This document shows, one piece after another, positions 34,577-46,776 of a stretch of 46,776 nt of DNA (positions within the stretch are counted from its first letter, which is position 1; every line of letters starts with the position of its first letter). The stretch covers positions 1 to 46,776 of the forward strand of contig NW_021832757.1 of NCBI RefSeq assembly GCF_006345805.1, given 5' to 3'. The translations under genes were made by a program, and so were the position numbers. Origin of the DNA: Octopus sinensis. Its lineage: Eukaryota. The notes below the pieces were generated by a model, which searched no databases, had not been told where the DNA came from, and was given only the letters and a program-made list of their open reading frames with translations.

Positions 34577-35931
34577 ACTAGCATTATGACCCGTCGTTGC
34601 CGGGTCATAGTTCTAGTGCATGTATATATTTGTATATATATATGTGTACATATTACATGTACATCTATATATATACATCTACACATAAAATACAAAATAC
34701 AAAGTTATATCTTGATATCGCTAGTGATAACAATACTCAAAATATATAACAGACTGGAATTGTAGACCCGTCTCTTGCAATTTCGATCAATTGTATCTTG
34801 TATAGAAGTGTGGCTACAATCCAGCCTACATCTACTTCTGGGGGACATTTTAAATTTTTATCCGGGACGTCCTACGTCCCAGATATACATGTACAAATAA
34901 AATATTTCCACTTTGCAAGGTTCAAGTCGAGTACTCCCTTGCACGCTCCGTTGACTCGAACCTTTCTTCTATTGTGGCAAATTTACCGCTTCTGGTTGGA
35001 TATCTTTCATAGTCGCACCAAGACACTTTTCGGTGGTGCTTTCCTCCAGGTGTTCAATTTTTTTTTCTCTATATTGTATACTTTATAGACAATAGTCTTT
35101 TCTTTAATTTAATTTTTTATTTCGTTTGGTGGTGCTATCCTAGATTCACCGTCTTTGTCGGTGATCAATCCGAAATAGGTTTGTATTTCTTCCATTTTAA
35201 TTTTAATGAGTTTGCACCCGCCGACGGCTGCAGCAAAAATCATTTTGGACTTTCTTCTATCGAAGGCATTCTAACAAAAATGCTTCCGTATAAACGGTGA
35301 AAATATTGTCAATTTGACACAAACAGGGACACAATTCAATTTTTAAATAATAACCAAAGCCCCTTATCCCAAAGGTGAAGGGCTACAGTTTACAATTATT
35401 TAACAAATGCAACACAACAACGTTGTGCACAGTAAACGGTATGTGCACAGCTCCATCTGGACTATTCCATTTCAGCACGCTAATTTTATTTTTAATTTAT
35501 TCCCATTCATGTGAAACCTCTTATTCAAGTTCAAGTCAGTGATGGAATTTTATACCAATTGCTATTTTTACTTTTGTTATGTTACGATTATATTATACTT
35601 TAGTTTGATTTTAATTATTACTTACTACATATAACTCAATTGTTATTAATATCTCTAATTTTTATTGTTACAGTGAAAGTATCTGACATAAAATAGAGAA
35701 ATGTTTTTGTTTCACTTCTAACACGTAATACTGAAATAGTGGAGAAGATATAATATTGCTATGGGCTCGCCCTAGGCAAGAAGTTGAACATTTTTTGCCC
35801 ATGTAACTACATGGACCCTAAGTAAGGAATGTGTAAAATTTGAATGAAATTGGTTGTGTAGTTCTCAAGTTTTAGGGAAACACACAGATAGACAGACAGA
35901 TACACATTCTCAGTTTTATATATATAGAGAT
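34577..35931 (+). mobile_element. Probable Helentron/Helitron-associated non-autonomous element
   Basis: 5' actag..atgacccg-tcgttgc-cgggtcat hairpin (34586-34608). 3' gtgtaaaatttgaatgaaattggttg..gggaaacacacagatagacagacaga..ttttatatatatagagat, an architecture typical of DINE-1/HINE-like elements. Confidence 0.55.
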
Positions 35932-35961
35932 ATACACACACACATACATACATATATATGT

Positions 35962-36008
<47 letters not shown>

Positions 36009-36354
36009 GATTATGAGCGCGTGTAGGTGCGTGAATGTTTGTGTGTTTGTGTAGGTGTACATATTTCTGTCATATAGGGTGACTCAAAAGCTCTTTTCTA
36101 TCTCAAATTTTACCACTCCCGAACTGTGTCATTTTTTTTCCTTTCTCCTTTTCTATTCTTAATAAGAAATTTTGCATAAACGAACCTCAAAAAGCACCAT
36201 AGATTGAAAAATATTAAATATTCCTCCAGAAAATAAAATATTGGAACCAGATATTTTGCTAGCTGCCTTGGAACACTGCTTGGAAAAGATTCGATCCTGC
36301 GAAGCATTTACAAACGAAAAAAAAAACATTTACAGAATTATATATTCGTCACGT

Positions 36355-36605
36355 GTGAAGCCACGTGGTTAAGTGGTTATGGTGTTGCACTTATGATTAC
36401 TAGATCGTGATTTCGTTCCGTGGACCGGGGGCTGCGTTGTGTTCTTCAACAAAACCCTTCATTTCATGTTGCACCGGTCCACTCAGCTGGCAAAAGTGAC
36501 CAACCCTTCGACGGATTAGCTTACAAAGAATAAGTCCTGGGATTGACTAAAGGCGGTGCTCCAGCATGGCCGCAGTCAAATGACTGAAACAAGTAACAAA
36601 ATAAA
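36355..36605 (+). mobile_element. SINE family C head (36355-36505) joined to a SINE family A tail (36520-36605)
   Basis: cgtggttaagtggtta..gcgttgtgttctt..ccactcagctggcaaaa, then cttacaaagaataagtcctggg..gcggtgctccagcatggccgcagtcaaatgactgaaac. Confidence 0.65.
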
Positions 36606-36872
36606 AGAATATATATATATGCATATGTATATGGATATATGTATGCATGTATGTATGTATGCATTAATTTTTAATAGAAATAGTATTAGTCGGAAAGTCA
36701 TTATCGGACTGTCCGATGATTGGCTTCCGGACCGAAACTTCGAATTCACTGTCAACATTATTTTTGTTAAGAAATAACAAACAAACTGAACTCTGCAAAA
36801 AAGTATTGAATAATCCTTCAGTTTGTTTAACTCCTTCGGTTTAATGTAATCCGACAAATACACGAGCACACA

Positions 36873-36926
<54 letters not shown>

Positions 36927-37130
36927 CATATATATAAATGCATATATATATATATATAAATACAAACTGGGTCAAGAACACAAAACATTTAGAAGACGAT
37001 ACAAAAAATACGGACGGGACATTCGAAGCCTTCAATCTTCAGTCAAGAACCGGATCATCCTCGCAATTTCGGCTGATATATATATATATATATATATACT
37101 TATTTTAAGCAGCAGAAAATTCAACAAAAT

Positions 37131-37168
37131 CTGTTACTCTGAGTTTCTCGTTGCCGTTCATCAGACAG
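37131..37168 (-). ncRNA. Compact 38-nt hammerhead-ribozyme-like motif, intact core
   Basis: Minus strand: ctgt CTGATGA a cg gcaa cg a GAAA ctcagag T A acag. Perfect helix I, GNRA-capped helix II, ACTC-A-GAGT helix III. Sits in a T-rich pseudo-LTR-like remnant (~37100-37420). Confidence 0.75.
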
Positions 37169-38034
37169 TTTTTGCTAGAATGGAACCGATATATCAATTC
37201 AATCTAGACTCTTACAAACGCTACACCTTTAAAAAGAAATGGACTTGTTTGATTGGTCCTTTAGAAAAAACGGTCAATCTTCGAGCGATAAACAAAAAGG
37301 TCAAAAATATATGTATATATATATAAAAAAACTTATAAAAATTATAAAATCCGAGGAAAAACCTTACATTGAATAAAATACATATTGACGTTAATGAAGA
37401 AAGTATAAATTAATGCATAATAAAAATTAAACCTGTTAGAATATTACACTGCAATACATATTTATATTAAATGTACATATATATATCAACATACACAAAA
37501 GGATGCGCGCAAACGCCATACATATACAGACGTAGGAATATAAATCTAAATATACACATAAATGCATGTGTACATATATTCACGCAAACATCTCGCACGC
37601 AATGTAGCGATTCTCATATACTGAGTAAGGGGGGGGGAACGAAAGAAAGGAAGAAGAGAGAGAAAAAAGAACGAAGGAGGGGGGGGAAAAAAACGAAATA
37701 AGAAAAAATTATGTATACAAGCTGTGTGTACGGCATTATTGGCATATATGGAGACAAGTATACAAACACAAGTTCGAATGGATACATATACATACAGTCG
37801 TGTATATGTGTGCTTAGCACAAACATACTCTCACTTACACATACACAGATACGCATGCTTACAAATACATATCCTGACTATACACATACTTATATCAACA
37901 TTCTAATTTTGACAACATTGCTTTTTTTAAAAAAACATTGCTTTTTTTTAAAAAAAACATTGCTTCTTTTTAAATATATATATACATATGTATATATATA
38001 TATATTTATTAATTTTTTTTCTTTATATTTTATT

Positions 38035-39427
38035 AAGTTTCAGCTCACGACCTGTGGCCATGCTGGGGTACCGCCATTCGGGACACCTGACTAGCATCTG
38101 GGACACCTGACAGGAAGAGATCCAGTTTTATTTTAAAGACATCTGCATCCACCCCATGCAGGTCTCTCATGTCTTTCGGGAGGATGTTGAAGAACTGTGG
38201 ACCTCTGAAGCCCAGGCTATCACAGTATCTTGTCCTACATCTTGATGGCAAATTTGGAGTCCTTGGCACTATGCAGTGGCGCCCAGTTCTAGTATTTGTG
38301 TAACTCTTGATGCCAAAGTTTGGGGCATGTCCTTCCAGGATCTTCCAGATGTATATTATGGCATATCTTTCTCGCCTACACTCTAAGGAATAGAGTCTCA
38401 ATCTCTTGAGTCTTTCTCAATAGCTTATATACTGCACAGAGGCTATCTTCATCGTGTAGCTTCGTTGGGTCGCCTGAATTTCTGTGTTTAATTTGACACT
38501 GGTTGGTGACCATAGCTGAGAGCAATAGTCAAAGTGGCTTAGGACAAGTGTCCTCCAGAGGACCATCATGGTTTCCTGGTCTCTTGTTCTAAAAGCTCTA
38601 AGAATCCATCCGGTCAGCCGCCTACATTTCATTTCCAATTTAGCAACATGTACACGAAAGGTTGCGTCATTGCACATGAAAGCATAAAGCTTGAAACTTT
38701 TCAGCATTGAACTGCAAGCTATTCTTTTCAGCCCACTTGTATATTTTGTCCAGCTCACATTGCAGGCGTTTAGTGTCTTCAGTGTTCTGTATTACTTGTG
38801 AAACTTTTGTATCATCTGCATAACTTGTGATCGTGGCTCTCTGCGTGGCTAAGTGCATGTCTGAGAGGGCCATTATGAACAGCAGTGGTCCCAAAACAGT
38901 GCCTTGCGGAATACCGCTCACTATTTGCATGTTATTGGAGGTGGCCCCATTGGCTACTACGACCTGACTTCTATCCTTCAGAAAGTCATGAAGCCATTCT
39001 CCCAATTTTCCAACTATGCCAAGATCCCGCAGTTTGTCACATATAATTCCATGATCGACTTTATCAAAGGCCTTTGCAAAGTCGAGATACATCACTTCCA
39101 CATTTGAGTGGTTAAGCAGTTGTTTTAGCACCCAGTCGTAGTGTTGTAGGAGCTGAGTTAAACAGCTTCTTCCTGGTCGGAAACCATGTTGGGTGTCAGG
39201 TAGCAAGTTATTTTCTTCAAGGAAGGCGATTAATTTCCTTCTGACTATTCTTTCCATGACCTTGCTGATGTGTGAGGTCAAAGAGATAGGTCTGTAGTTC
39301 TTGGCCGCCGCTTTGCTACCTCCTTTATAAATAGGGCATATTTTACCCTCCTTCAGTTTTCTTGGAAGTTTGCCAGTTGCAAGGAAGCTCTGAAAGAGGA
39401 ACTGCAGTGGTCTTGCTAGGACTCTCT
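38035..39427 (-). mobile_element. Second, 5'-truncated and internally deleted copy of the 26883-31190 LINE
   Basis: Collinear, highly similar RT and C-terminal sequence; lacks ~110 bp before the 3' tail and ~100 bp near 38680. Confidence 0.92.
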
Positions 39428-39499
39428 GAGAAAGAGATGAAAGAGAGGAAGTTATGCAAAAGATTTATATTATATATGTATGTAATATATATTATATAT

Positions 39500-39547
<48 letters not shown>

Positions 39548-39592
39548 TATATATATGTGGTGTGTGTGTGTGTGTATGTATGTATATATATA

Positions 39593-39755
39593 GGCGCAGG
39601 AGTGGCTGTGTGGTAAGTAGCTTGCTTACCAACCACATGGATCCGGGTTCAGTCCCACTGCGTGGCATCTTGGGCAAGTGACTTCTGCTATAGCCTCGGG
39701 CCGACCAATGCCTTGTGAGTGGATTTGGTAGACGGAAACAGAAAGAAGCCTGTCG

Positions 39756-39853
<98 letters not shown>

Positions 39854-40076
39854 GTGTGTATATGTTTGTGTGTCTGTGTTTGTCGCCCCCCCCATCGTTT
39901 GACAACCGATGCTGGTGGTGTTTACGTCCCCGTCATTTAGCGGTTCGGAAAAAAGAGACCGATAGAATAAGTACTGGGCTTACAAAGAATAAGTCCGGGG
40001 TCGATTTGCTCGACTAAAGGTGGTGCTCCAGCATGGCCGCAGTCAAATGACTGAAACAAGTAAAAGAGTAAAAGAA
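39593..40076 (+). mobile_element. SINE family A, full length, expanded internal (TA)n
   Basis: ggcgcaggagtggctgtgtggtaag..cagtcaaatgactgaaacaagtaaaagagtaaaaga. Confidence 0.92.
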
Positions 40077-40080
40077 TATA

Positions 40081-40132
<52 letters not shown>

Positions 40133-40526
40133 GTGTACTTATTCCTTTAGTATGTAAATAAAAAATATTTGCCTTTATTTATATATTTAATTTACATTAT
40201 TTATTTATTTATTTATCACTCTGATAGATCAAAGATTAGTCACGCTGTTTTTCGAAATTATGCCAGCATCAAACACACAAAATCATGCGAAAGTCAAATA
40301 AGTAAATAAATAAATAAATTACGAAATACTAATGAAATAAAATAAAATAAATTAACTTTTAAAATGCTGAAAGAAAACAAGTTTCCACATAAATTTGAAT
40401 GTTTTGAAAATATATTGGTTTCTTTGGAACATCCGACACCTTTCATTTGCCACGTGTGTGTGTATGTTTGAATTTACGCATACTTTTGTGTGTGTATGTC
40501 TGTGTGCATGTGTGCATATATATATA

Positions 40527-41077
40527 TTGGGTTGTCCGGAAAGTTTGTGCCGATTTTTAAAGGTACGAAAAAGGTTAATAAATTTTTGTCATTATATTTT
40601 TAATCAACCAAATATAAACCATTTTGTTGCACAATGCGTCTCCATCTTTCCTTTAACTTGAAAATACCCTCTTCTCAGAATTGAGGTGGTTTCATGGCAA
40701 AGAATTCATCAAGGTATCTTTTTATGTCATCCAAGGAATTGAAATTTTTACCATTAAGACTATTCTGCAGAGACCTGAATAAGTGGAAATCCGAAGGTGC
40801 AATATCTGGTGAATATGGAGGGTGGGGTAACACATCCCAGCCGAGCTGCAGCAATTTTTGTCTGGTTCCCAAAACATCAAGTGCCAAAAATGAACTTTCT
40901 TATCTTCCATTTTAAAGGGTTACAAAATTAACACAGGTTATAGGAACATAAACCTTCATCCACGAAAAGATAGCTTAAACTGTGCCCTAAATGGAGGTAT
41001 AGTGAAATCCTATTTTATGGACTCAACCATGTTCTAAAGTAAGTCGAAAGGTAAGCTACTATAAATCGGCACGAATT
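40527..41077 (-). mobile_element. Internally deleted mariner (DD34D-type) transposon
   Basis: TIR ta|ttgggttgtccggaaagtttgtgccgattt and partial partner aaatcggcacgaa (41063-41075). N-terminus MEDKKVHF (ATG at 40910) is fused to C-terminal GWDVLPHPPYSPDIAPSDFHLFRSLQN. Confidence 0.9.
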
Positions 41078-41090
41078 GAAATACACGCTT

Positions 41091-41243
41091 GTGGCTGTGG
41101 GATAAAAAGTGTGCTTCCCTACCACATTGTTTCGGGTTCAATCCAACCGCGTGGCATCTTGGGCAGGTGTCTTCTACTATAGCCTCGGGCCGATCGAAGC
41201 CTTGTGAGTATACTGGGTAAAGGGAAAGGGAAAAAAGCCCGTC
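41091..41243 (+). mobile_element. SINE family A, 5' half
   Basis: gtggctgtg..cgtggcatcttgggcaggtgtcttctactatagcctcgggcc. Confidence 0.8.
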
Positions 41244-41403
41244 ATATATATATGTGTATGTATATGTGTGTGTATGTATGTATGAATATATATATATGCA
41301 TGTATGTGTGTATATATGGGTATGCATACATATATATATGCCTATATATATATGTGTGTGTATACACACACACACACACACACATATATTTATATATATA
41401 TAG

Positions 41404-42062
41404 ATAAATTATTAGAGAGTTAACCACTATGTGGATAACTCTAGTGCTAAAAATAGCCCCGATAGTATAGCCACAGAAAAAGATGTTTCCAACTAGAAGT
41501 AACATACATTTAACGGAAGGAAAGTGAAATATAACGAATAAATAGATTGACCCTGAACAAATTGTTTCATTCCTAATGTAATATGTAATTTTACTTACAT
41601 AAACATCTATAAATCTTCAGCAGAGGAGTCTTGGCATGTTTTTGGCGGGGAACTTGAGGCATAACTAAAAATGTAATTCGTTAAACCGCTCGTGTTTTTG
41701 ACGATCGTGTCGGTCTAATTAATTGTATTTAAGACAAACCTCTGCTGATGATTTATAGATGTTTATGTAAGTAAAATTACATATTACATTAGTAATGAAA
41801 CAATTTGTTCAGGGTCAATCTATTTATTCGTTATATTTCACTTTCCTTCCGTTAAATGTATGTTACTTCTAGTTGGAAACATCTTTTTCTGTGGCTATAC
41901 TATCGGGGCTATTTTTAGCACTAGAGTTATCCACATAGTGGTTAACTCTCTAATAATTTATGTATAAATTTGTATTTTCTCCGTAGTTTTTTGTGCTAAA
42001 CCACTCGGTGTTAAATTAATGGTATTAAATTAATATCAATTTTTCACCCTCATTTATAAATT
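41404..42062 (+). mobile_element. Fold-back Penelope-like element: arms 41404-41626 and 41739-41961, 112-bp spacer, ~100-bp 3' extension
   Basis: Near-perfect inverted arms. Each inner end is a hammerhead-like motif: cctctg CTGATGA t tta..taa t GAAA caatttg T T caggg (41739-41814). Confidence 0.75.
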
Positions 42063-42094
42063 TATATATATATATATATATATACATATAAGCA

Positions 42095-42300
42095 AACGTC
42101 TATGTGCTTGTGTTTGACAACTGGTGTGGGTTTGCTTATGTTTCCGTAACATAGAGGTTCGGCATAAAGAGACTGATAGAATAAGTATCGGGCTTAGGAC
42201 AAAAGAACTGGGGTCCATTCATTCGTCTAAAATTTTTTTCAAGGAGATGTTCCAGCATGGCCGCAGTCTAATGAGTGAAGCAAATAAAAGGTAAATAATA
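42095..42300 (+). mobile_element. SINE family A, diverged 3' half
   Basis: gtgtttgacaactggtgtg..gactgatagaataagta..ttccagcatggccgcagtctaatgagtgaagcaa. Confidence 0.75.
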
Positions 42301-42535
42301 AAAAAAAAACATATAAAGTAAAAAGTTCTCACGCGCACAAACAGCGAGAGGATGGAAAAAGTGTGGAGGGAGGAGAGAGAGAGAACGAGAGAAGAACTAA
42401 AATGTCATATGTCAAAATCTGAGACGCCAATGGCGGCGCCAAAAAAGCTGCGTCAAAACGGCTGCGCCAGAACGTCTGCAAGGGGTCAAGACATCCCTGA
42501 TGCTTAGTACAGGGGACAGAAAGCTGTTGTGAATA

Positions 42536-42752
42536 TCAATTTCAACTTTTGGTACAAGGCCAGTAATTTCGGGGAAGGTGGATAATCGATCACATCAACC
42601 TTATTTTATCAATCCCGAACTTATTTCATCGATCCCGAAAGGACGAAAGGCGAAGGTCAACTTCGGCAGAATTTGAACTCTAATCGTAAAGACGGACGAA
42701 ATACTGCTAAGCATTTTGTCCGGCGTGCTAACGCTTCTACTAGCTCGCCGCC
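42536..42752 (-). mobile_element. SINE family B, full length
   Basis: Minus strand: ggcggcgagctagtagaagcgttagcacgccggac..gagttcaaattctgccgaag. Confidence 0.8.
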
Positions 42753-43054
42753 TTGGCTGGAGTAAATATTGCAAAGTATTCTATCCTCGCTTAAACGGCT
42801 CTGCCTTATTCACCGTCTGTAATCAACAGCAGGAAGAAGAACAACAACAGCAACAACAGCAGCGGTAGCAACATAAAATAATTCTATCTTTATCATAGAG
42901 AAGAGAGAAAGACAGAGAAGGGGGGGGGCAGAGAGTGATGGCGGGAGGGAAGTAGGGGAAAAGAAGCGGGAACGCCTTTAAGCTAATTCATAAGAATTAA
43001 TCTGTCAATTTGACTCAAAAGAGATTAACTATCAATTTATTGACTGTAACATCG

Positions 43055-43057
43055 AAC

Positions 43058-43090
<33 letters not shown>

Positions 43091-43101
43091 TAATAATAAT
43101 G

Positions 43102-43170
<69 letters not shown>

Positions 43171-43230
43171 TTAATAATAGTAATAATAATTATAATGAAA
43201 ATAATCATTATTATCATTATTATTATTATT
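43055..43230 (+). repeat. (TAA)n microsatellite
   Basis: Direct reading. Confidence 0.95.
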
Positions 43231-43341
43231 TCAGACGGATATGGCTTATCAGATTGATGTGCTTTGGTAATAAGTAAAACCTAATGAAATTCACACACAA
43301 GTAGATGTGTGTGTGGGCTTGTGTTTGTGTGTGTATACGTG

Positions 43342-43372
<31 letters not shown>

Positions 43373-43618
43373 ATATATATATACATGCACACACATACAC
43401 ATATATACATACACATACATATATATATATATATACATATATGCACACATACACATATATAATGATGTATATATATGTGTATATGTATATATGTATGTAT
43501 ATATATATATGTATGTATTGATATAGGTATGCATGTGTGTGCATGCATATGTCTGTGTGTCTGCGTATGTGTATGCATGTATGTATGCATGTGTGTATGA
43601 TTGCGTTTGTCCATGCGT

Positions 43619-43655
<37 letters not shown>

Positions 43656-43890
43656 CAGGCATTAATGCAGCGGGATTGTGCGGAATGCGATAAATATTGT
43701 GATTCGTGTATAAAACAATCAGGGTTTATATTTCCAACCACAGTTTTGTTCAATCGGGTTTTTAGTCATCTGTACACCTCAGCAGATTAAGAAGTCCCCT
43801 TTTATATTCAGGCATAGTATATCGAGGAATATTGCGCCCTTTTATATTATAAACCAATAAAGGTCATTTTTTGCTGATATATATATAAAC

Positions 43891-44005
<115 letters not shown>

Positions 44006-44100
44006 CATATATATATACATATATGCATACTTACATACATAAATACATACAAATCGTGGCGATTTTCTTCCTCCGTCTTCCCTTCTTTTGGACTTTTCTC

Positions 44101-44137
44101 TATTCCTGAAGAAGAGCTTTGCTCGAAACGTTAAATC
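44101..44137 (+). ncRNA. Hammerhead-like core, helix I disrupted (same repeat family as 16306-16343)
   Basis: CTGAAGA a gagc ttt gctc GAAA cg T T. Confidence 0.45.
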
Positions 44138-44459
44138 ATCTTTCCTTTCTTTCCGAAGCGTCTGATAATACAATACTTGTACCACGTCCTCGCGTTATTG
44201 TTTTTGTCTTGTTTGTTCTTCTTTGTTTGGATTCACTACATACATACACACACGTATATATAATAAATAATTTGGACAAATAAGTATAATTCGAGAAGCG
44301 TGTTTAAATGTTGAGTAGAGCACCTGCAGAGATTAGGCTACCTGTTATCATCCGTAGTCGTGGTACACTTCCGGTGGATTTACTTCAGGAACTCCGCAGT
44401 GGCAGTTAGGGTAATAATATTAATTAACAGTAGAAGATTTCGTATTAGACTTTTATTAG

Positions 44460-44502
44460 GTACAACATATGTTTCGACCCATCAGTTTGGCTCATCATAT
44501 AC
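44460..44502 (-). ncRNA. Degenerate hammerhead-like motif (C3>A)
   Basis: Minus strand: gtat aTGATGA gcc..ggtc GAAA catatg T T gtac; same ACATATGT palindrome as at 7854-7861. Confidence 0.4.
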
Positions 44503-45244
44503 ATCGAGAAAGATATGTCTCACTAGAAGTCTATAGTGTCGGCTGGCTTGTTACGAGGCCATCAAGTTCGGGAATGAATAAAAGCAAATAATATTACAGA
44601 AACGCCAAAAATTCAAATCTTGCATTCCAGTTTAGATGAAATATATATATGAAGCTCGTTAATAAATATTTGACCGATATATCAAGTGGCTACATCGAGG
44701 TTTTTCCATTGGCTCATGTTCCGCTTATTTTTCAAAGGATGACCACTCTGCACCCTTCTATGTTGTCTCATTCCTGTATAGACCCTTTCTGTTGCAGCCA
44801 GTACAGTTCCTGTATTACTGGGCAAGCAGTAATATTGTCCTAAGTAGTTCCCCGTGCCGTGCAACTTACCTTACAGGTGAACACTACAATCTTTGTGCCT
44901 CCTTATACAAATACGAGGACAAGAATTATAGCGAGACTCGATATAATCGACCGAGCCACTTTTCTAAATGTGAAGCAATGTGAAGTCTACTTTAAGAATC
45001 TTTGTTTTTACGACATTTCTATGAAACAATAGTAGTAAGCTAGACCAGGGTCGTCAAACTCGTCGGGCTGAACATCTTGCGGCTTGTATAGAGACAATTA
45101 TATTCCTAAATTTATTCATAATGAGACCAAATTAAATGAATAAACGGGCCAATATGCATTGTAACACTAAAGAATAAAGGAAGGCAATGTCTTTGTGCAG
45201 AGACATGCGGCAACAATTCATTCACATGGTATGTGTATGCATAA

Positions 45245-45488
45245 ATATTTATTTGTTTACTACCCACAAGTGGCTAAACATAGAGGGGACAAACAAGGAC
45301 AGACAAACGGATTAAGTCGGTTATATCGATTCCCCCCCCCCAGTGCGTAACTGGTACTTAATTTACTGACCCCGAAAGGATGAAAGGTAAAGTCGACCTC
45401 GGCATAATTTGAACTCAGAACGTAATGCCAGACGAAATACGGCTACGCATTTCGCCCGGTGTACTAACGATTCTGCCAGCTCGCCGCC
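45245..45488 (-). mobile_element. SINE family B, variant with alternative 3' end (as at 12125-12320)
   Basis: Family head and body, ending gtctgtccttgtttgtcc..ttagcc.cttgtgggtagtaaa. Confidence 0.85.
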
Positions 45489-45734
45489 TTAACATATACA
45501 TAAATATATACATGTATATATACATAAATATATACATGTATATATGTGTATACATAAATATGTATGTGTGTTTGTGTATTTGTATATACGTGCAAGAATT
45601 TAGATGGAAATCGTCCAAAGAAGTTTATATACTTCTCGAGAAGACCAACGGTTGATAGGAAGCTCGCAGTTTCATATACAAAGCATTTCACTAATGTCCA
45701 TATGACTAGAATTCTGTCGCATGATAATGTGCGT

Positions 45735-45774
45735 CAATGAAATAATAATAATAATGATAATGATAATAATAATC

Positions 45775-45843
<69 letters not shown>
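45735..45843 (+). repeat. (TAA)n microsatellite
   Basis: Direct reading. Confidence 0.95.
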
Positions 45844-45845
<2 letters not shown>

Positions 45846-46776
45846 GACCTGTCGATTCTTAATGAAATCAGCAAACAAGCAACGCTACTGAGCAACAAAA
45901 AGAGAACAAAAATGCTCCGCAAATATAACACCACAGAAAAAGATTTGCCGGAGATAAAAGAAAAGCTGAAGCAAGATATCCTTGCCAAAGCTCAAAGGAT
46001 CCGCCGGTACGAGAAACGCCAACGCTTCTTTGAAGAAAACAAAAAGTTCGACTCCAACCCCAAAAAGTTCTATCAAGAACTGGGCAAAAATAAAATAGAA
46101 GTCACTGCAGCACCAACGGCAGAAGAATTGGAAGAATTCTGGGGAGAAATATGGTCGGCGAACGAACCACCAAAAAAAAGGAGTATCAAAATAACAAACT
46201 CGGTATCTGAACAAACTGGACCCCCATAACAACTGAAGAGGTCACCCAGGCACTGCAAAGACTAAGCAACTGGAAGGCACCTGGGCATGACAAGATCCCC
46301 AACTTCTGGTTGAAATATCTAACAGGAATGCACAAAAAGCTGGCTGAAAACTTTAACAACGTACTAGCAGAGCCAGAGACAATGCCTGAATGGCTCACGA
46401 AGGGGAAAACCATCTTAATTCCCAAATCAAAGAAACAGAAAACCAGAAAACTACAGACCAATACCTGCCTCCCTACTATGTTCAAGGCATTTACTGCAGT
46501 GATATCACAAAGGCTGAACAGCACCTGGACGAAAACAAACTGTTCCCAGAAGAGCAGAAAGGATGCCGCAAAGGCTCATATGGCTGTAAAGATCAACTAA
46601 TGATTAATAAGCCATAACTGAAGACAGCCACAGAAAGAAGAAAGGCCTCAGTATGGCCTGGATTGACTACAAAAAGGCGTTTGATAGTATCCCCCACACA
46701 TGGATCCTCGAAACACTAGCCATTAACAAAGTAGCACCAACAATCATAAAATTCATAGAGCACTCTATGAATAAAT
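45844..46776 (+). mobile_element. Second R4/Dong-clade element, 5'-truncated, frameshifted, runs off the window
   Basis: AKAQRIRRYEKRQ..KKFYQEL, FWGEIWS, NWKAPGHD, WLTKGKTILIPK, YRPI.CLPT, EEQKGCRKGSYGCKDQL, MAWIDYKKAFDSIPH. Sequence starts directly at the (TAA)n. Confidence 0.9.

Overview
Eukaryotic, AT-rich, repeat-saturated DNA with no recognisable host gene. The SINE families and extreme (TA)n/(TAA)n/(CA)n load look like an octopus genome, but that is an inference. Contents: (1) two degenerate R4/Dong-clade retrotransposons (RT + CCHC + restriction-like endonuclease) abutting (TAA)n; (2) a nearly full-length but inactivated CR1-group LINE (CCCH-finger ORF1, APE-RT ORF2), a second truncated copy of it, and two other CR1-type fragments; (3) three tRNA-headed SINE families, the commonest sharing its 3' tail hairpin with that LINE; (4) an internally deleted mariner, TIR/MITE elements and a probable Helentron-type element. 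The most striking signal has no ORF. About a dozen loci carry minimal type I hammerhead-ribozyme-like motifs with palindromic helix III. They lie in Penelope-like pseudo-LTR remnants, several of which form long fold-back (inverted) structures inside (TA)n tracts. Most of these motifs have a non-Watson-Crick pair (A.A, A.C or U.U) at the base of helix II. All alignments and folds were done by eye, boundaries are approximate unless TSD/TIR-defined, and ribozyme activity is untested.
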